DNA of 64,000 bases, from positions 448,001 to 512,000 of the forward strand of contig CAWBWI010000006.1 in the NCBI GenBank assembly GCA_963792585.1, in the 5' to 3' direction. Under the pieces are notes generated by a model. The model was not told where the DNA came from and did not search any database. It worked only from the letters and a program-made list of their open reading frames with translations. The stretch is from Candidatus Eiseniibacteriota bacterium. Its GTDB lineage: Bacteria; Eisenbacteria; RBG-16-71-46; CAIMUX01; VGJL01. This document shows, piece after piece, positions 40,165 to 52,200 of the stretch. Position numbers and translations under genes: made by a program. The number at the start of each line of letters is the position of its first letter. Positions within the stretch are counted from its first letter, which is position 1.

Positions 40165-40270
40165 TTGCGGGACTTGTGACAACCGGGGCTTCACAGACAG
40201 GGCGTTCCCTTCCAAGTGTGGACGGGTGTATCTCTTGAATGCGCGCCGGGCAACGCGAGGGGGAATCGCC

Positions 40271-41149
40271 GTGAATCTGAGACCGCTCGTCCTCATGCTC
40301 ACCGTTCTCTGCGGAACGCATCTTTCCGCCTTCGCCCAGCCCCCCGGATCCCGCGGGGACGCTTCCTCGCCGCCGGGAGGATCGTCCCTCGGACTCCACG
40401 TGGGGATCCTCCTTCCGAGCGACCGGGCCGGAATCGGGATCGACGGAGGCGGCGCCGACCGCATCGACGACTACCTTCGGGCAACACCAGAGAGGGTGGC
40501 GTCGATCGAGTCCGCGTTGGGTGGGCCGTTCTCGGTCGCAGGGGAACCGGCCGATTTCACATTCGATCCCGTCGTCACGTTTGGAGTCGCCCTCGGCTAC
40601 GAGATTCGCCCTGGATGGGCGGCGCAGATCGGGGTCGCATCCTATCGCGGAAAGGCAGGCGCGTCCTTCCCCTTGCACGTCGAAACCGACGCAGGGCCCC
40701 GGACAATGACCGGTCAGCTTTCCACGGACGTTCGCGGGCTTCTCGTGGATGTCCTCGTCCGTAGACACTGGAATCTCGGCGCCTACATGCCGCAGATCGG
40801 CGCGGGCGTTCGGCTGCACCGGATCTCGCCCGAAGACACCTGGTTCGAATTCGGACCCCTGGGCGTCCTCGTCGAGCCGGCGGATGCTCGAACCAACCTC
40901 TCGCCAATGGGGGAGATCGGGCTCGCCCGCGCGATCGGCGGGAAGATTCGCGTCGGGGTTGCGGGGGTGATCGCGGGACGTTCCCTCCCGAGCGAGGCGG
41001 GGGCGAAGAGCTGGGTCGTCGAGCCGGAGTTCCGGCTGTGGGGCAGCCTCCTGCTGGCCTCGAAGGGACCGGCGCCACCCCCTCCACCCAAAGAGCATGG
41101 CGCGTCTGAAGAGGGCGGTGAGGGGGCCGGCGAGCCGCATCGCCCGTAA
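40271..41149 (+). CDS. Putative outer-membrane beta-barrel protein
   Basis: GTG after GAGGGG, signal peptide, alternating amphipathic strands (GVALGYEI, YMPQIGAGVRL, GEIGLA), Pro-rich tail. Confidence 0.55.
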   Translation: MNLRPLVLMLTVLCGTHLSAFAQPPGSRGDASSPPGGSSLGLHVGILLPSDRAGIGIDGGGADRIDDYLRATPERVASIESALGGPFSVAGEPADFTFDPVVTFGVALGYEIRPGWAAQIGVASYRGKAGASFPLHVETDAGPRTMTGQLSTDVRGLLVDVLVRRHWNLGAYMPQIGAGVRLHRISPEDTWFEFGPLGVLVEPADARTNLSPMGEIGLARAIGGKIRVGVAGVIAGRSLPSEAGAKSWVVEPEFRLWGSLLLASKGPAPPPPPKEHGASEEGGEGAGEPHRP

Positions 41150-41290
41150 TCTATCAGGTATCATCGCTCCCGCCGCGGCGACGCCTTCGGATCCCGAGTT
41201 CGAGGACCACCCGGTCAACTGTCGCGCAGATCACCCAACCATGAACCCGGGCCGCGGTTCAGATGCCGAATTCGCGAGGAGGCTCGGAAG

Positions 41291-43528
41291 ATGAGGTCTT
41301 TGCTCCGGTTGTCGGTCTTGGTCTTTCTGATCTTGTCCGCCGCCTTCGTCGGGCCGGCTCGAGCCGGTTTCTATTGGGCCAACCCCCAGCCCACCGGAAG
41401 TCCTCTTCAAGGAGTCGATTTTGACAGCCCGACCTCCGGATACGCCGTAGGGGCCATGGGCACCGCCCTGCACACCACCGACGGCGGCGTCACCTGGCAG
41501 GTGACCTCCGACGCGGGCGCCCTCGGCCCGCAGCTGGAAGATGTCGTCGTCCTGGCGCCGGGCGTCCTGCTCGCGGCCGGGGAGACGCCGGGCCTGCACC
41601 GGAGCACCGATGGCGGGGCCTCCTGGGCGCCCATCGCGAACCCGGCGAATGGGACCATGCGGAATCTGTTCTTGCTCGATGCTTCAACCCTCTTCGTCGT
41701 CGGGGACAATGGCCGGATTCTTCGTTCGACGGATGGTGGAACGACCTTCACCTCGCTAGCCACCCTGACCGGGGAGCTCGACGATCAGTACTGGCGCGAT
41801 GCCCAGCACGGCTTCGTGATCGGTCAGCAGAGGATTCGTCGGACGATCGATGGCGGCCAAACGTGGCTCACGATTCCCGGCGTGCCCGAGGGAGGGTTCC
41901 TCTTCGGCGGGGATGTGAGTTTCCTCGACGCGAACAACGGCTGGATCGTGACGGACTTCGAGGCGTACAAGACGACCGACGGCGGCGCGAACTGGGTCGA
42001 TCTCAACCACCCGTTTCAGGGGCCGATCTACCAGGATGAGTGCCTTCCCCTCGATCTGCAGACCCGCATTGTCGCCAGCAACGGTGAGGGGGCGCAGATC
42101 TGGAAGACGACCAACGGCGGCGCCACCTGGACGCGGGTCTTCGCGCACGACGGGACAACCGGCGTTTCCGACATCGAGCTGCTGCCGGACGGCTCGATCG
42201 TTGCCGTATCCACGGCGGCGGATCTCATCCGGTCCACCGATGCGGGAAACACATGGACCAACTTCACCACGATCGCGGGGCCGCAGGAACGCGCAACCCT
42301 CTACACGATCGACATGCTCCCGAGCGGGTTCGGATTCGCCGGCGGCCTGCTGTCCTGCTGGATCAGCACGACCGATGGCGGGAAGACCTGGTTCGATCCC
42401 CCCGCGACACCGGGACTCGGTCAGGCCTCCGTCATCGCGATGCGCGATGCGCAGTTCATCCTGGCCGGGGGCATTGGCACCCACGGCCAGTCGGACGTGC
42501 GGCGCACGACCGACGGCGGGGCGACGTGGACGACGCACAGCCTGTCTCCAACCTATGCGGGATACCCCCAGGGGCTCGTCGCCCTCCCCGATGGAACCTG
42601 CTTCTGCGCCACTGCGGGAGGAGAGGGGATCAACTACGTCTTTCGATCCACCGACAGCGGCGCGACATGGCATCTGCGGAACGCCGGCCTGCCGACGAAC
42701 CGCCGCTGGCTCGAGATCCAGTTCCTCGATTCTCAGAACGGATTCGTCTGCGGCGGGGAAAGCCAGGGCGTTGCGCTCTACCGAACCACCAACGGCGGGG
42801 CGAACTGGACTCCGGTCGGGATCAGCGGTCTTCCCATGACCATGATCCAGGACATGCACTGGCACGATGCGCAGAACGCCGTCGTGGTCGGCGACTTCCA
42901 GATCGCCCGGACGACGAACGGCGGCACGAGTTGGACGACGCCGGCGAGCGGCGGCTGGGCGGGGCTCGATTTCCGCAACCCGTCGTATGGCGTCGCCACC
43001 GAGTTGGGAGGCGCGGTCCGCATCACGACCGATGGAGGGGCGACCTGGACGCGTCAGGTCCTTCCGACGGAGTCTTTCCTCGCGGATGTCGTCGCCACCC
43101 CTGACGGGTATCTCGTCGTGGGCGACTCGAGCCAGATTCTCGGCTGGAGCGACGGGGTCGCGTCGGTGGAATCGCCTTCGGCGGGAGAGGTCGAGCATCT
43201 GGGAAGTCCTCCCCGTCACCTGGGCGGACCTTCGGATGCGCGCGGTTGCATCTTCTGGCCGAACCCCTGCACGGCTGGCGCCGCGAGCGGGATCTCGTTC
43301 CGCGCAGAAGGAGCCGGCGCAGCGTTACGCGATGCCGTCTTCTTCGATCCGACCGGGCGGCGGCTGGGTCACGGTGCGGTGACGTTGGACGGCGCCTCCA
43401 GGACGCCGGGATTCACGCAGGGACGCATATCCCTCGCGGGTCTGCGCCTGCCGTCGGGAAGCGTGCGGATCGAGCTGTGCGACGCCCAGGGCAATCGCTT
43501 CGCCGGGACGATTCTGATCATCCGCTGA
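41291..43528 (+). CDS. YCF48/BNR (Asp-box) beta-propeller secreted protein, copy 1
   Basis: Signal peptide, WANPQPTG, many (T/S)TDGGxTW Asp-boxes, C-terminal WPNP...FDPTGRR domain. Confidence 0.88.
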   Translation: MRSLLRLSVLVFLILSAAFVGPARAGFYWANPQPTGSPLQGVDFDSPTSGYAVGAMGTALHTTDGGVTWQVTSDAGALGPQLEDVVVLAPGVLLAAGETPGLHRSTDGGASWAPIANPANGTMRNLFLLDASTLFVVGDNGRILRSTDGGTTFTSLATLTGELDDQYWRDAQHGFVIGQQRIRRTIDGGQTWLTIPGVPEGGFLFGGDVSFLDANNGWIVTDFEAYKTTDGGANWVDLNHPFQGPIYQDECLPLDLQTRIVASNGEGAQIWKTTNGGATWTRVFAHDGTTGVSDIELLPDGSIVAVSTAADLIRSTDAGNTWTNFTTIAGPQERATLYTIDMLPSGFGFAGGLLSCWISTTDGGKTWFDPPATPGLGQASVIAMRDAQFILAGGIGTHGQSDVRRTTDGGATWTTHSLSPTYAGYPQGLVALPDGTCFCATAGGEGINYVFRSTDSGATWHLRNAGLPTNRRWLEIQFLDSQNGFVCGGESQGVALYRTTNGGANWTPVGISGLPMTMIQDMHWHDAQNAVVVGDFQIARTTNGGTSWTTPASGGWAGLDFRNPSYGVATELGGAVRITTDGGATWTRQVLPTESFLADVVATPDGYLVVGDSSQILGWSDGVASVESPSAGEVEHLGSPPRHLGGPSDARGCIFWPNPCTAGAASGISFRAEGAGAALRDAVFFDPTGRRLGHGAVTLDGASRTPGFTQGRISLAGLRLPSGSVRIELCDAQGNRFAGTILIIR

Positions 43529-43615
43529 GACCCTGTGGAGCCACAATCACGAAGACCACCCGACCATGGACCGGGGCCGCGGTTCAGATGCCGAGTAGAT
43601 GAGGAGGCGCGGAAG

Positions 43616-45856
43616 ATGAGAACTTTGCTCCGATCGTCGGCCCTGGTGCTCCTGATGCTGTCCGTCATCTTCGTCGGATCGGCACGGGCTGCTTTCTTCT
43701 GGGCTAACCCCCAGCCCACCGGAAACGCTCTCCACGGGATCGCCTTCGAGAATGCCGCTTCCGGTTATGCCGTGGGAGCGATGGGGACGGCCCTGCACAC
43801 GACCGATGGCGGCGTCACGTGGCAGGTCACCTCGAGCCCGGACGCGCTCTCGCCGCAACTGGAGGACCTGATCATCCTCGCTCCTGGGGTCCTGCTCGCC
43901 GCAGGGGAGGCTCCCGGGATCCACAACAGCACGAACGGGGGAGCCACGTGGACCGCCGTCCCGAACCCCGCCAACGGAACTCTCAGAAACCTGTTCCGGC
44001 TCGACGGCTCCACCATCTTCGCGGTCGGGGACAACGGCCGCGCCCTCCGCTCGACAGACGGCGGCGCCAACTTCGTCTCGTTGACCTCATTGAGCGGACA
44101 GCTCGACGACCAGTACTGGAAGGACGCGCAGACCGGGTACGTCCTCGGCCAATTCGTTGCACGGCGGACGACCAACGGCGGTCAGACCTGGCTCCCGATT
44201 CCCAACGTGCCCGAAGGGGGAACCTTCTTTGGCGGCGACATCAGCTTCTTCGACGCGAACAACGGGTGGATCGTGAATGATTTCGAGACCTACCGGACGA
44301 CCGACGGCGGCGCGAACTGGTTCGATCTCAACCATCAGTTCCAGGGACCCATCTACCAGGATGTCTGCCTCCCGTTGAGCCCCCAGACGCGCATCGTCGC
44401 AAGCAATGGAGAGGGCGCGCAGATCTGGAAGACGACAAACGACGGCGCGAGTTGGACGATGGTCCTCTCGCACAACGGAACGACCGGTATTCCCGACTTG
44501 GACCTACTGCCGGACGGTTCGCTCGTCGCCGTATCCACGGCTGCGGATCTCCTTCGATCCACCGACGCGGGAAACACATGGACCAACTTCACGCGGATCG
44601 CAGGACCGCCGGATCGATCCTCCCTGAACGCGATCGACGTCATCCCGAGCGGGATTGGATTTGCCGGCGGGTGGTCGTCCAACTGGGTCGCCACCTCGGA
44701 TGGGGGCAGGAACTGGTTCAACCCGCCCGCGACGCCGGGACTCCAGGAGACATTCGCGATCACCGTGCGCGATCCTCAGTTCATCCTCGCGGGCGGCGTC
44801 GGCACCAACGGGCATTCCGATGTGCGCCGCTCGACGGACGGCGGTGTGACCTGGACGACCCACAGTCTGTCTGCGAACTACACGGGATATCCTGAGGGAC
44901 TCGTCGCGCTTCCAGATGGAACCTGTTATTGCGCCACCGCAGGCGGAACGGGGATCAACTACGTCTTTCGATCCACCGATGGAGGAACCACCTGGCATCA
45001 GCGGAACAATGGGGTGCCGGCAAGCAATCGCTTGAACGATATTCAGTTCCTCGATCCGCTCACCGGCTTCGTCTGCGGGGGCGATTTCCAGAGCCCCGTC
45101 CTCTACCGCACCACCGACGGCGGCGGGACCTGGACCCCGGTCGGGACCAATGGGCTCCTCATGGCCGGGATCCAGGATATGCACTGGCACGATGCGCAGA
45201 ACGGCATCGTGATCGGCGACTCCCGTATCCAGCGAACGACCAATGGCGGCGCAAGCTGGACGACCGTCGTTGGGGATGGAGGCTGGGCGGCGCTCGATTT
45301 CCGCGATCCTCTGCACGGCGTCGCGACCGAGCTGGATGAAGCTGTTCGCCTCACCACCGACGGCGGTGCGACATGGGCTCGCCAGGCTCTTCCCGCGATC
45401 ACGTTCCTCGCGGACGTTGTCGCGACCCCGGACGGGTACATCGTGGTCGGCGACACGAGCCAGATTCTCGGCTGGAGCGACTCAGTCGCATCGGTGGAGT
45501 CCCCATCGGAGAGCGACGCTGGCCCCCTGGGCGGTATTCCTCCCCACCGGGGTGGTCCTTCGGATGCGCGCGGATGCATCTTCTGGCCGAATCCCTACAC
45601 GGTCTCAGCCAGGAGCGGGCTCTCGTTCCGCGCGGAAAGAGCCGACGCAGAGATTCGCGATGCGGTCTTCTTCGATCCGAACGGGCGGCGTCTCGGCCAC
45701 GGGAATGTGACCCTGGACGGCGCGGCGGGAACGCCTGGATTCACGCAAGGACGCATCTCCCTTGCAGACGTGCGCCTGCCGTCGGGAAGCGTGCGGATCG
45801 AGCTGCACGATGTTCGCGGCAATCGCTATGCGGGGACGATTCTGATCATCCGCTGA
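43616..45856 (+). CDS. YCF48/BNR (Asp-box) beta-propeller secreted protein, copy 2 (tandem paralog)
   Basis: Colinear with 41291-43528 from start to stop; GAGGAGG SD. Confidence 0.88.
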   Translation: MRTLLRSSALVLLMLSVIFVGSARAAFFWANPQPTGNALHGIAFENAASGYAVGAMGTALHTTDGGVTWQVTSSPDALSPQLEDLIILAPGVLLAAGEAPGIHNSTNGGATWTAVPNPANGTLRNLFRLDGSTIFAVGDNGRALRSTDGGANFVSLTSLSGQLDDQYWKDAQTGYVLGQFVARRTTNGGQTWLPIPNVPEGGTFFGGDISFFDANNGWIVNDFETYRTTDGGANWFDLNHQFQGPIYQDVCLPLSPQTRIVASNGEGAQIWKTTNDGASWTMVLSHNGTTGIPDLDLLPDGSLVAVSTAADLLRSTDAGNTWTNFTRIAGPPDRSSLNAIDVIPSGIGFAGGWSSNWVATSDGGRNWFNPPATPGLQETFAITVRDPQFILAGGVGTNGHSDVRRSTDGGVTWTTHSLSANYTGYPEGLVALPDGTCYCATAGGTGINYVFRSTDGGTTWHQRNNGVPASNRLNDIQFLDPLTGFVCGGDFQSPVLYRTTDGGGTWTPVGTNGLLMAGIQDMHWHDAQNGIVIGDSRIQRTTNGGASWTTVVGDGGWAALDFRDPLHGVATELDEAVRLTTDGGATWARQALPAITFLADVVATPDGYIVVGDTSQILGWSDSVASVESPSESDAGPLGGIPPHRGGPSDARGCIFWPNPYTVSARSGLSFRAERADAEIRDAVFFDPNGRRLGHGNVTLDGAAGTPGFTQGRISLADVRLPSGSVRIELHDVRGNRYAGTILIIR

Positions 45857-45881
45857 GATCATCCGGAACCACCACATCCCA

Positions 45882-46262
45882 CGGGTGAGCGGGAGGCGGG
45901 TGCCGGAAGGAGCTGCGCTATGCGCCGACTGGAGGCGCCTGCCGGACGCGACGCCACCAGCGCGACGCGACGCTCACGCGCAGGCCAGCAGCGGTCCACG
46001 GGCGAGCGGGAGGCGGGTGCCGGAAGGAGCTGCGCTATGCGCCGACTGGAGGCACCCGCCGGATGCGACGCCCGGGCACGGCGATCCTCGGGCGAGCGAA
46101 GGCGGGTGCCAAAAGGAGCTGCGCTATGCGCCGACTGGAGGCACCCGCCGGATGCGACGCCCGCAGCGCAGGCCAGCAGCGGTCCAAGGGCAAGCGAGAG
46201 GCGGACGCCGAAAGGAGCTGCGCTATGCGCCGACTGGAGGCACCCGCCGGATGCGACGCCCG
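45882..46262 (+). repeat. Tandem array of four ~75-bp structured REP-like repeats
   Basis: Unit gggcgagcg(g)gaggcgggtgccggaaggagctgcgctatgcgccgactggaggcacccgccggatgcgacgcc at about 45882, 45999, 46089 and 46188; lies between convergent genes. Confidence 0.92.
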
Positions 46263-46287
46263 CGGCGCGACGCCCGCAGCGCAGCGA

Positions 46288-49200
46288 TCACCGGCTCACC
46301 GGCACTTCCTGCGACGGACTCGGCGTCCGCGCGGCCGGCGTGCGCCCCTCGAAGAGATCCAGCACCGCCGCAGCGAGCGTGTTGATGGTCGGCGCCTCCA
46401 TCAGCGCGCCCGTCGGGAGCGACAACGCCAGGTCGGTGTCGACATGATTCTTCAACTCGACCGCCATCAGCGAATCGAACCCCATCTGATTGAGCGGCCG
46501 ATCCGGATCCAGCTTGGCGGCCGACGCGCCCAGGACCCGTGCGACCTCGCCCCGGATGTACTCCCGCAGGATCTCGCCACGCTCCCCCGGCTTGGCCTGT
46601 CGCAGAGCGGAACGTACGCGCTCGCCCTCCTCCTCCGCGCCGCGGTTGGCGTCCAGCTCGCCGAACATCGCTGCCACCCGGCGGGCCACCCGCATCTTGG
46701 TGAGCACCTGGGCGGATGCGCTCCAGTCCAGGCGGAAGTAGCCCATCTGCGCGTGCCGACACCGGAGCATCGTATCGAGACCCACCATGGCCTGCTCCGG
46801 CGAGAAACCGACGAACCCGCGACGCGTGAGGATCTCCGAGACCTGGGCGTGACGGGAGACATAACCGACCGCGTCCAGACGTCCCCAGTCGACCGTCAGC
46901 ACAGGAAGCCCCAGAAACCGCCTGTGGTAGGCAAACGCGTCGAGGAAGGCATTGGCCGCGACGTAGTTTGCCTGGCCCGGCGTGCCAACCCAGGTGCCGA
47001 CGGAGCTGAAGAGAACGAAGTGGTCCAGCGGATCGTCGACGGTCGCTCGATGGAGGTTCCACGTGCCCGACACCTTCGGGGCCAGGACCCGCGCGAAACG
47101 CTCGCCGTTCAAGTGCTGGAGGATTCCATCGTCGATCACCATCGCCGTGTGGAAGACGCCCCGCAGCGGGGGCATCGTCCGGCGGACCTCCTCCATCGTC
47201 GCGTGAAGTTGTGCCGCATCGGTCACGTCGGATTTCAGCGCGAGGACGCGCACCCCGCTTCGTTCGAGATCCGCGATTGCCGCGCGCGCCTCTTCCGATG
47301 CCGCGCCGCTGCGTCCCGTCAGGACCAGATTGCGTCCGCCATGGTCGGCGATCCAGCGCGCGATGACGAGGCCGAACCCGCCGAACCCGCCCGTGATCAT
47401 GTAGCCGGCGTCGCTGCGGAAGGCGATTGCGCCATCCAGCACGCGCTCGACTAGAAGATCGGGATCGTCCAGCGATAGGACGAGCTTGCCGATGTGTCGG
47501 CCCTGGGCGACGTGACGGAATGCATCGACCGCGCGCGATGCCTCGAAGATCGTGTGCGGGAGCGCGTGGTAGTCCGCCTTCGCGAATCGCTCCATGATCC
47601 GCTCGAACATCCGCCGCAGGAGCGCGGGATCCTCCTTCGCGACGCGCCCGAGATCGATCGCGTGGAGCGAGAGGTTCTTGCGGAATGCCCAGAGCCCGAT
47701 CCGGCTGTTCTGGTAGATGTCCCGCTTGCCAAGTTCGAGGAATCGCCCGAAGGGGGCCATGCAGGAGAGTCCCTTCTGGATCGCTCTTCCGGCGAGAGAG
47801 TTCAAGACGATGTCCACGCCGCGCCCGCCCGTGAACGCGAGCACTTCGTCGGCAAACGACAGCGTCCGCGAGTCCATGACGTGATCGACGCCCATCAGCT
47901 TCAGGATGTCGCGCTTCTCGGGGCTGCCCGCGGTGGCAAAGACCTTGGCTCCCGCGCACTTCGCGATCTGGATCGCGGCCATGCCGACGCCGCCGGCGCC
48001 GGAGTGGATGAGGACCGACTCCCCTTCGCGCAGGCGCGCGATCTCGTGAAGCGCATAGTAGGCGGTCAGGAAGGTGACCGGAATGGTGGCCGCTTCCTCG
48101 AATGTGAGACTGCCGGGCTTCGCGAGAACCGCGGTCACCGGAGCGATCACCGTCGACGCGAATGCCGCCGGCGCCATCGCAACAACCTCGTCTCCAAGCG
48201 AAACCCCCGTCACACCGGGTCCCACGGCTACGACGCGTCCCGCGCACTCGTCTCCCAGGAGCAGGTAGTCGTCCGCCTCGGCCGGATAGAGCGCGAGCGC
48301 CTTCAGGACGTCGCGGAAGTTCAGGCCCGCCGCCGCGACACGGATCTCCACCTCGCCGGCGCCCGGCGACCTGCGGGGAGTTTCCCGCCAGGCCAGCGAG
48401 TCCATCGCGCCGGTCGTGGAGGCCATCAGACGGAAGCCGGAGCCGCCTTCGCGATCGATGCCGAGCGACGCCGGTCTCACCCGCTCGCCGCGGAAACGCC
48501 CGGCCCGCGGAACCAGGCGTGACTCGCGCCGGAGCGCGACTTCCTCCTCCGGATCCTCGGTGATGAGCTCATCGAAGAGCCGTTGGATCTCGTCGTCGGA
48601 TCCGACGCGATCCAGATCGATGAGCTTGGTGCGAACGTCGGGATGTTCGTTGAGGAGGACTCTCCCAAATCCGAGGAGCGGCGATTGGGAAACCGAAATC
48701 GATCCCCTTCCCTCATCCGTCGGCTGCGCACCGCGCGTGACCAGAACCAGGCGGGGGCCACCCGCGAGACGCCCCGTGCGCTCCAGGGATTGCAGCAGGT
48801 GCAGAACCGAGTGGCATCCGAGCGCCTCGCCGTCGAGCAACGGCCCTGCGGAATCGCCATCCGGGTTTGGAGCATCGAGGCTCCAGAGGTGGATCATCCC
48901 CTCGATCGTGTCGTGGGCCGGATCCAGCGTGCCCAGCAAGCGATCCATCTCCTCGGGACGTCGAGGAGCGACCGAGAATGTGCATTTGCCCAGCTTTGCG
49001 AACTCCGTCCCGGCGACGACCGTGACGCAGCGATCGCCACGCGCTTCCAGGAGATCCCGGAGTCCGCTCGCCACCACCCCCTGATCCGCAAAGAGGAGCC
49101 AGAGCGGCGGGCGCTCTGCGGCAACCGTGGTTGCGGGCGGATCGACGATCGACGCGGCGGCCATCTCCGCGGGCGGGAAGGGCGCATCCTCGACGGCAAC

Positions 49201-52200
49201 TTCGCGGCTGTTGCGCGCGAGGACCACGATTTGCGGCGAGGTCGGTTCGCTGGGGTCGTAGGGAAGCGCCTCGACCGAATCGAACCCTTCGCTCGTCAGC
49301 ACGGACTGCCATTGCACACGGTCCAGCAAGGGGTGATCGGGTCGCAGATCGACATCCGTGAAGTGCCACCACCCCTCGGTCAGGCCGAAGACTACGTCCA
49401 CCCATGGATTCCTTCGTTCCCCTTCGAGAAGAAGGAGCAGCCCCTCGGGACCGAGCATCCTGCGCAACCGCTCCACCGATTTGCGGATATCGGCGGAGGC
49501 GTGCAGGACATCGGAAGCGACGATCAGATCGAAGGAATGCAGGGCGAACTCCTGCCCCTCCGGATCCCTGTCGAGATCGAACGAGCCAAATCGGACGAAC
49601 GGATAGGCGCCGAAGCGCTGCTCCGCCTTGGCCAGGAAGAGGGGAGAAACGTCCGTGAACGCATACGATACCCGGTGGGGCGCGAGCATCGGGAGCAACT
49701 CCGCGGTCAGTCCACCGGTTCCCGCGCCCACTTCGAGGACGCGCAGGATGCGGCCCTCGGGCAGCGCCTCCTGAACGCGCCGCAACACCGACTGCACCAT
49801 CCGGTTGCCGATCATGAAGATCGGCGCGCTCTGGTAGAAGGTCGCGAGCGTCGTGGTCGGCCCGTCCGGGAAGAGGATCTGGAGCGGGTTGACCTCACCC
49901 GCGATCACTTCCCCGATCCTCCGGCCGCAACGGCCGAGCAGGTTGAGGTCCATCGAGTAGCCGGGGTACTTTCCCCATGCGTCGCGCCAGAGCGACTCGG
50001 GGTCCTCGATCGGCGGCTCGTCAATCACCCTCCACTCCCCCGCGGCGACCTCGTGCAGCCGTCCCCTCTCTTTCAAGTGGATGAGGAGTCGGTGGAGAAG
50101 CCGCTGGTGGTGCATTGCCGGATGAAGGCGATCGATCAGGTCGTCCTCCCGAAGGAGATCGCCGAGCTTCAGCCCGACCCCCGCCCCGCGCAGGAACCTG
50201 ACGATGAAGGCGTGCGCGATCCGATTCATGTCTGCGTCGACCGCAGCGGCGCGCTCGGCGAGTTCAAGGCGGGTGCCGAGATCGGTCGCGGCCTCACGGG
50301 CGAACGCCGCGAGCTCCCGCACGGACGGGATGAAGTCGGCCGGCCTCGTTGCGGCAAGGGATTCCGGATGAACCTTGTTCTCCCAGCGAACCTCGTAGAT
50401 CCAGCTCATCGGATTATCGGCTTCCGATGATCGGCTGCGATCGAGGGCCTGACAACGGAATCCTTCGATCCGCGCGGCAAGCCGTCCCGCGCCGTCGAGC
50501 AGATCCAGGTCGCCCTCCAGAATGCTCGCGCCGAGCTGCCGGATCCTCGCGTGACAGAAGACCTGCGGGCCCGGAGTGGCCCAGAAGGTCACCCGGCGGA
50601 TGTAGACGGGAAGGAACAGACTCCTGCGCTCCGTGAGTGTGGCCTGCGGGACGGCGCCGAAGAGGACCTGGAAGCACGCGTCGAGCATTGCGGGGTGGAA
50701 GTGATACCCCGCAACGTCGAGGCCATCCCGAAGACGGACGTCGCCCAATGCTTCCCCGTCGCGACGGAAGATCTCCCGAACCCCCTGGAATGCCGGACCG
50801 TAGTGCAGACCGATCTCCGCGTAGCGCGCATAGCATGTGGCCGCGTCGAGCTTCTCGGTCAGGCGCGCCCGAATCGCCTCGAGATCCTCCTCGATCGCGG
50901 GCGCCGGAATCCGATCGGTCGTCACGGAACCCTTGCAGTGAACGGTCCATCCCGCGCTGCCGGGCACGCCGCTCTGGATGTCGAAGGAACCGTCCTCCTG
51001 ATCGATGCGGATCTGGACGGCCGTCTCCCTCCCACCCTCGGAGAGGAACAATGCGCGGAGGAACTGGACTTCCTCCACCTGGGCCGCATCCTGCCCCGTG
51101 ATCCTCCGGGACGCCGCCGCAGCCATCTCGACGAATCCTGCTCCCGGGAAGACGGTGTGCTTCTCGACGCGGTGGTCCGCCAAGTAGGCGAGGACGCGCG
51201 TGTCGAGGGGTGTCTGCCAGGTGGGATTCGCGGCGCGCAGGTCCCGGGTCAGCAGCGGATGCACCTCGGGGTTCAGTCGGGGATCCGCGATCTCCGGCAC
51301 CTCGTGCCAGTATCTCTCCCGGCGCCACGGGTAGGCCGGCAGCCGCACCGGACGTCTCGCCTCGGGCCAGAGCGCATTCCAGTTCACGCGATGACCCAGG
51401 ATGTTCAGGGCGCCGAGGGACCCCAAGATCACCGAGCGCTCGTCCTCTTCCCGACGAAGCGACGGCAGGAGATCCGCTTTGCGCTGGCGGGCATGGAGGC
51501 ACTCGGCCATGTAGCCCGAGAGGACCGGGTGGGGCCCGATCTCGACGAACGTATCGAAGCCGCGGCGGATCGCCTCATCCATCGCCTCGGCGAAGAAGAC
51601 CCTATGTCGCAGGCCGCGCCACCAGTAATCTCCCGTCAAGCGCGCGCCGTCGATCTCCGCGCCCGTCACGGTCGAGAGCATGGGGATGCGCGCGCCGTGA
51701 AGCTGCAACTCGCCCAGGGACGCGAGCAGATCCTCTCGCACCGCATCCATCAAAGGACTGTGAAATGCGTACTCGACCTTGAGGAAGCGGTGCCAGACGT
51801 TGCGCTCGACCAAGGTCTCCGCGATCGTCTCCAATACCTCGGGATTCCCGGAGAGGGTCACCGAACGCGGGCTGTTCGCCGCGGCCACGGAGACGGATCC
51901 CGTGCGACCGCCGATTACTTCCTCGGCCTCGACGACGGACAGCGCCGCCGCGAGCATCTTTCCGCGCGACGAGACGAGATCCATGCAGCGCCCGCGATGG
52001 AAAACGACCCGCGCCGCCTCGGACAGGGGCAGGATCCCCGCGACGTGCGCGGCCGCGATCTCCCCGACGCTGTGACCGATCACCGCGCTCGGCGTGACCC
52101 CCCACGACTTCCACAGCTCGGCCAGCGCGACCTGGATCGCGAAAAGAGCCGGTTGCGCGATGGCGGTTCGCTGCATGCGTGAGGCCGACTCATCGGCCGT

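Noticed and set aside
45882..46262. CRISPR array
   Set aside because: Repeats of ~75 bp are too long, linkers vary from about 14 to 43 nt and two are related, isolated copies occur elsewhere, and no cas genes are present
45885..46447. ORFs with repeated 'GAALCADWRHPPDATP' peptides (also 39062-39565)
   Set aside because: Translations of the non-coding DNA repeat; they overlap the PKS end and lack an SD
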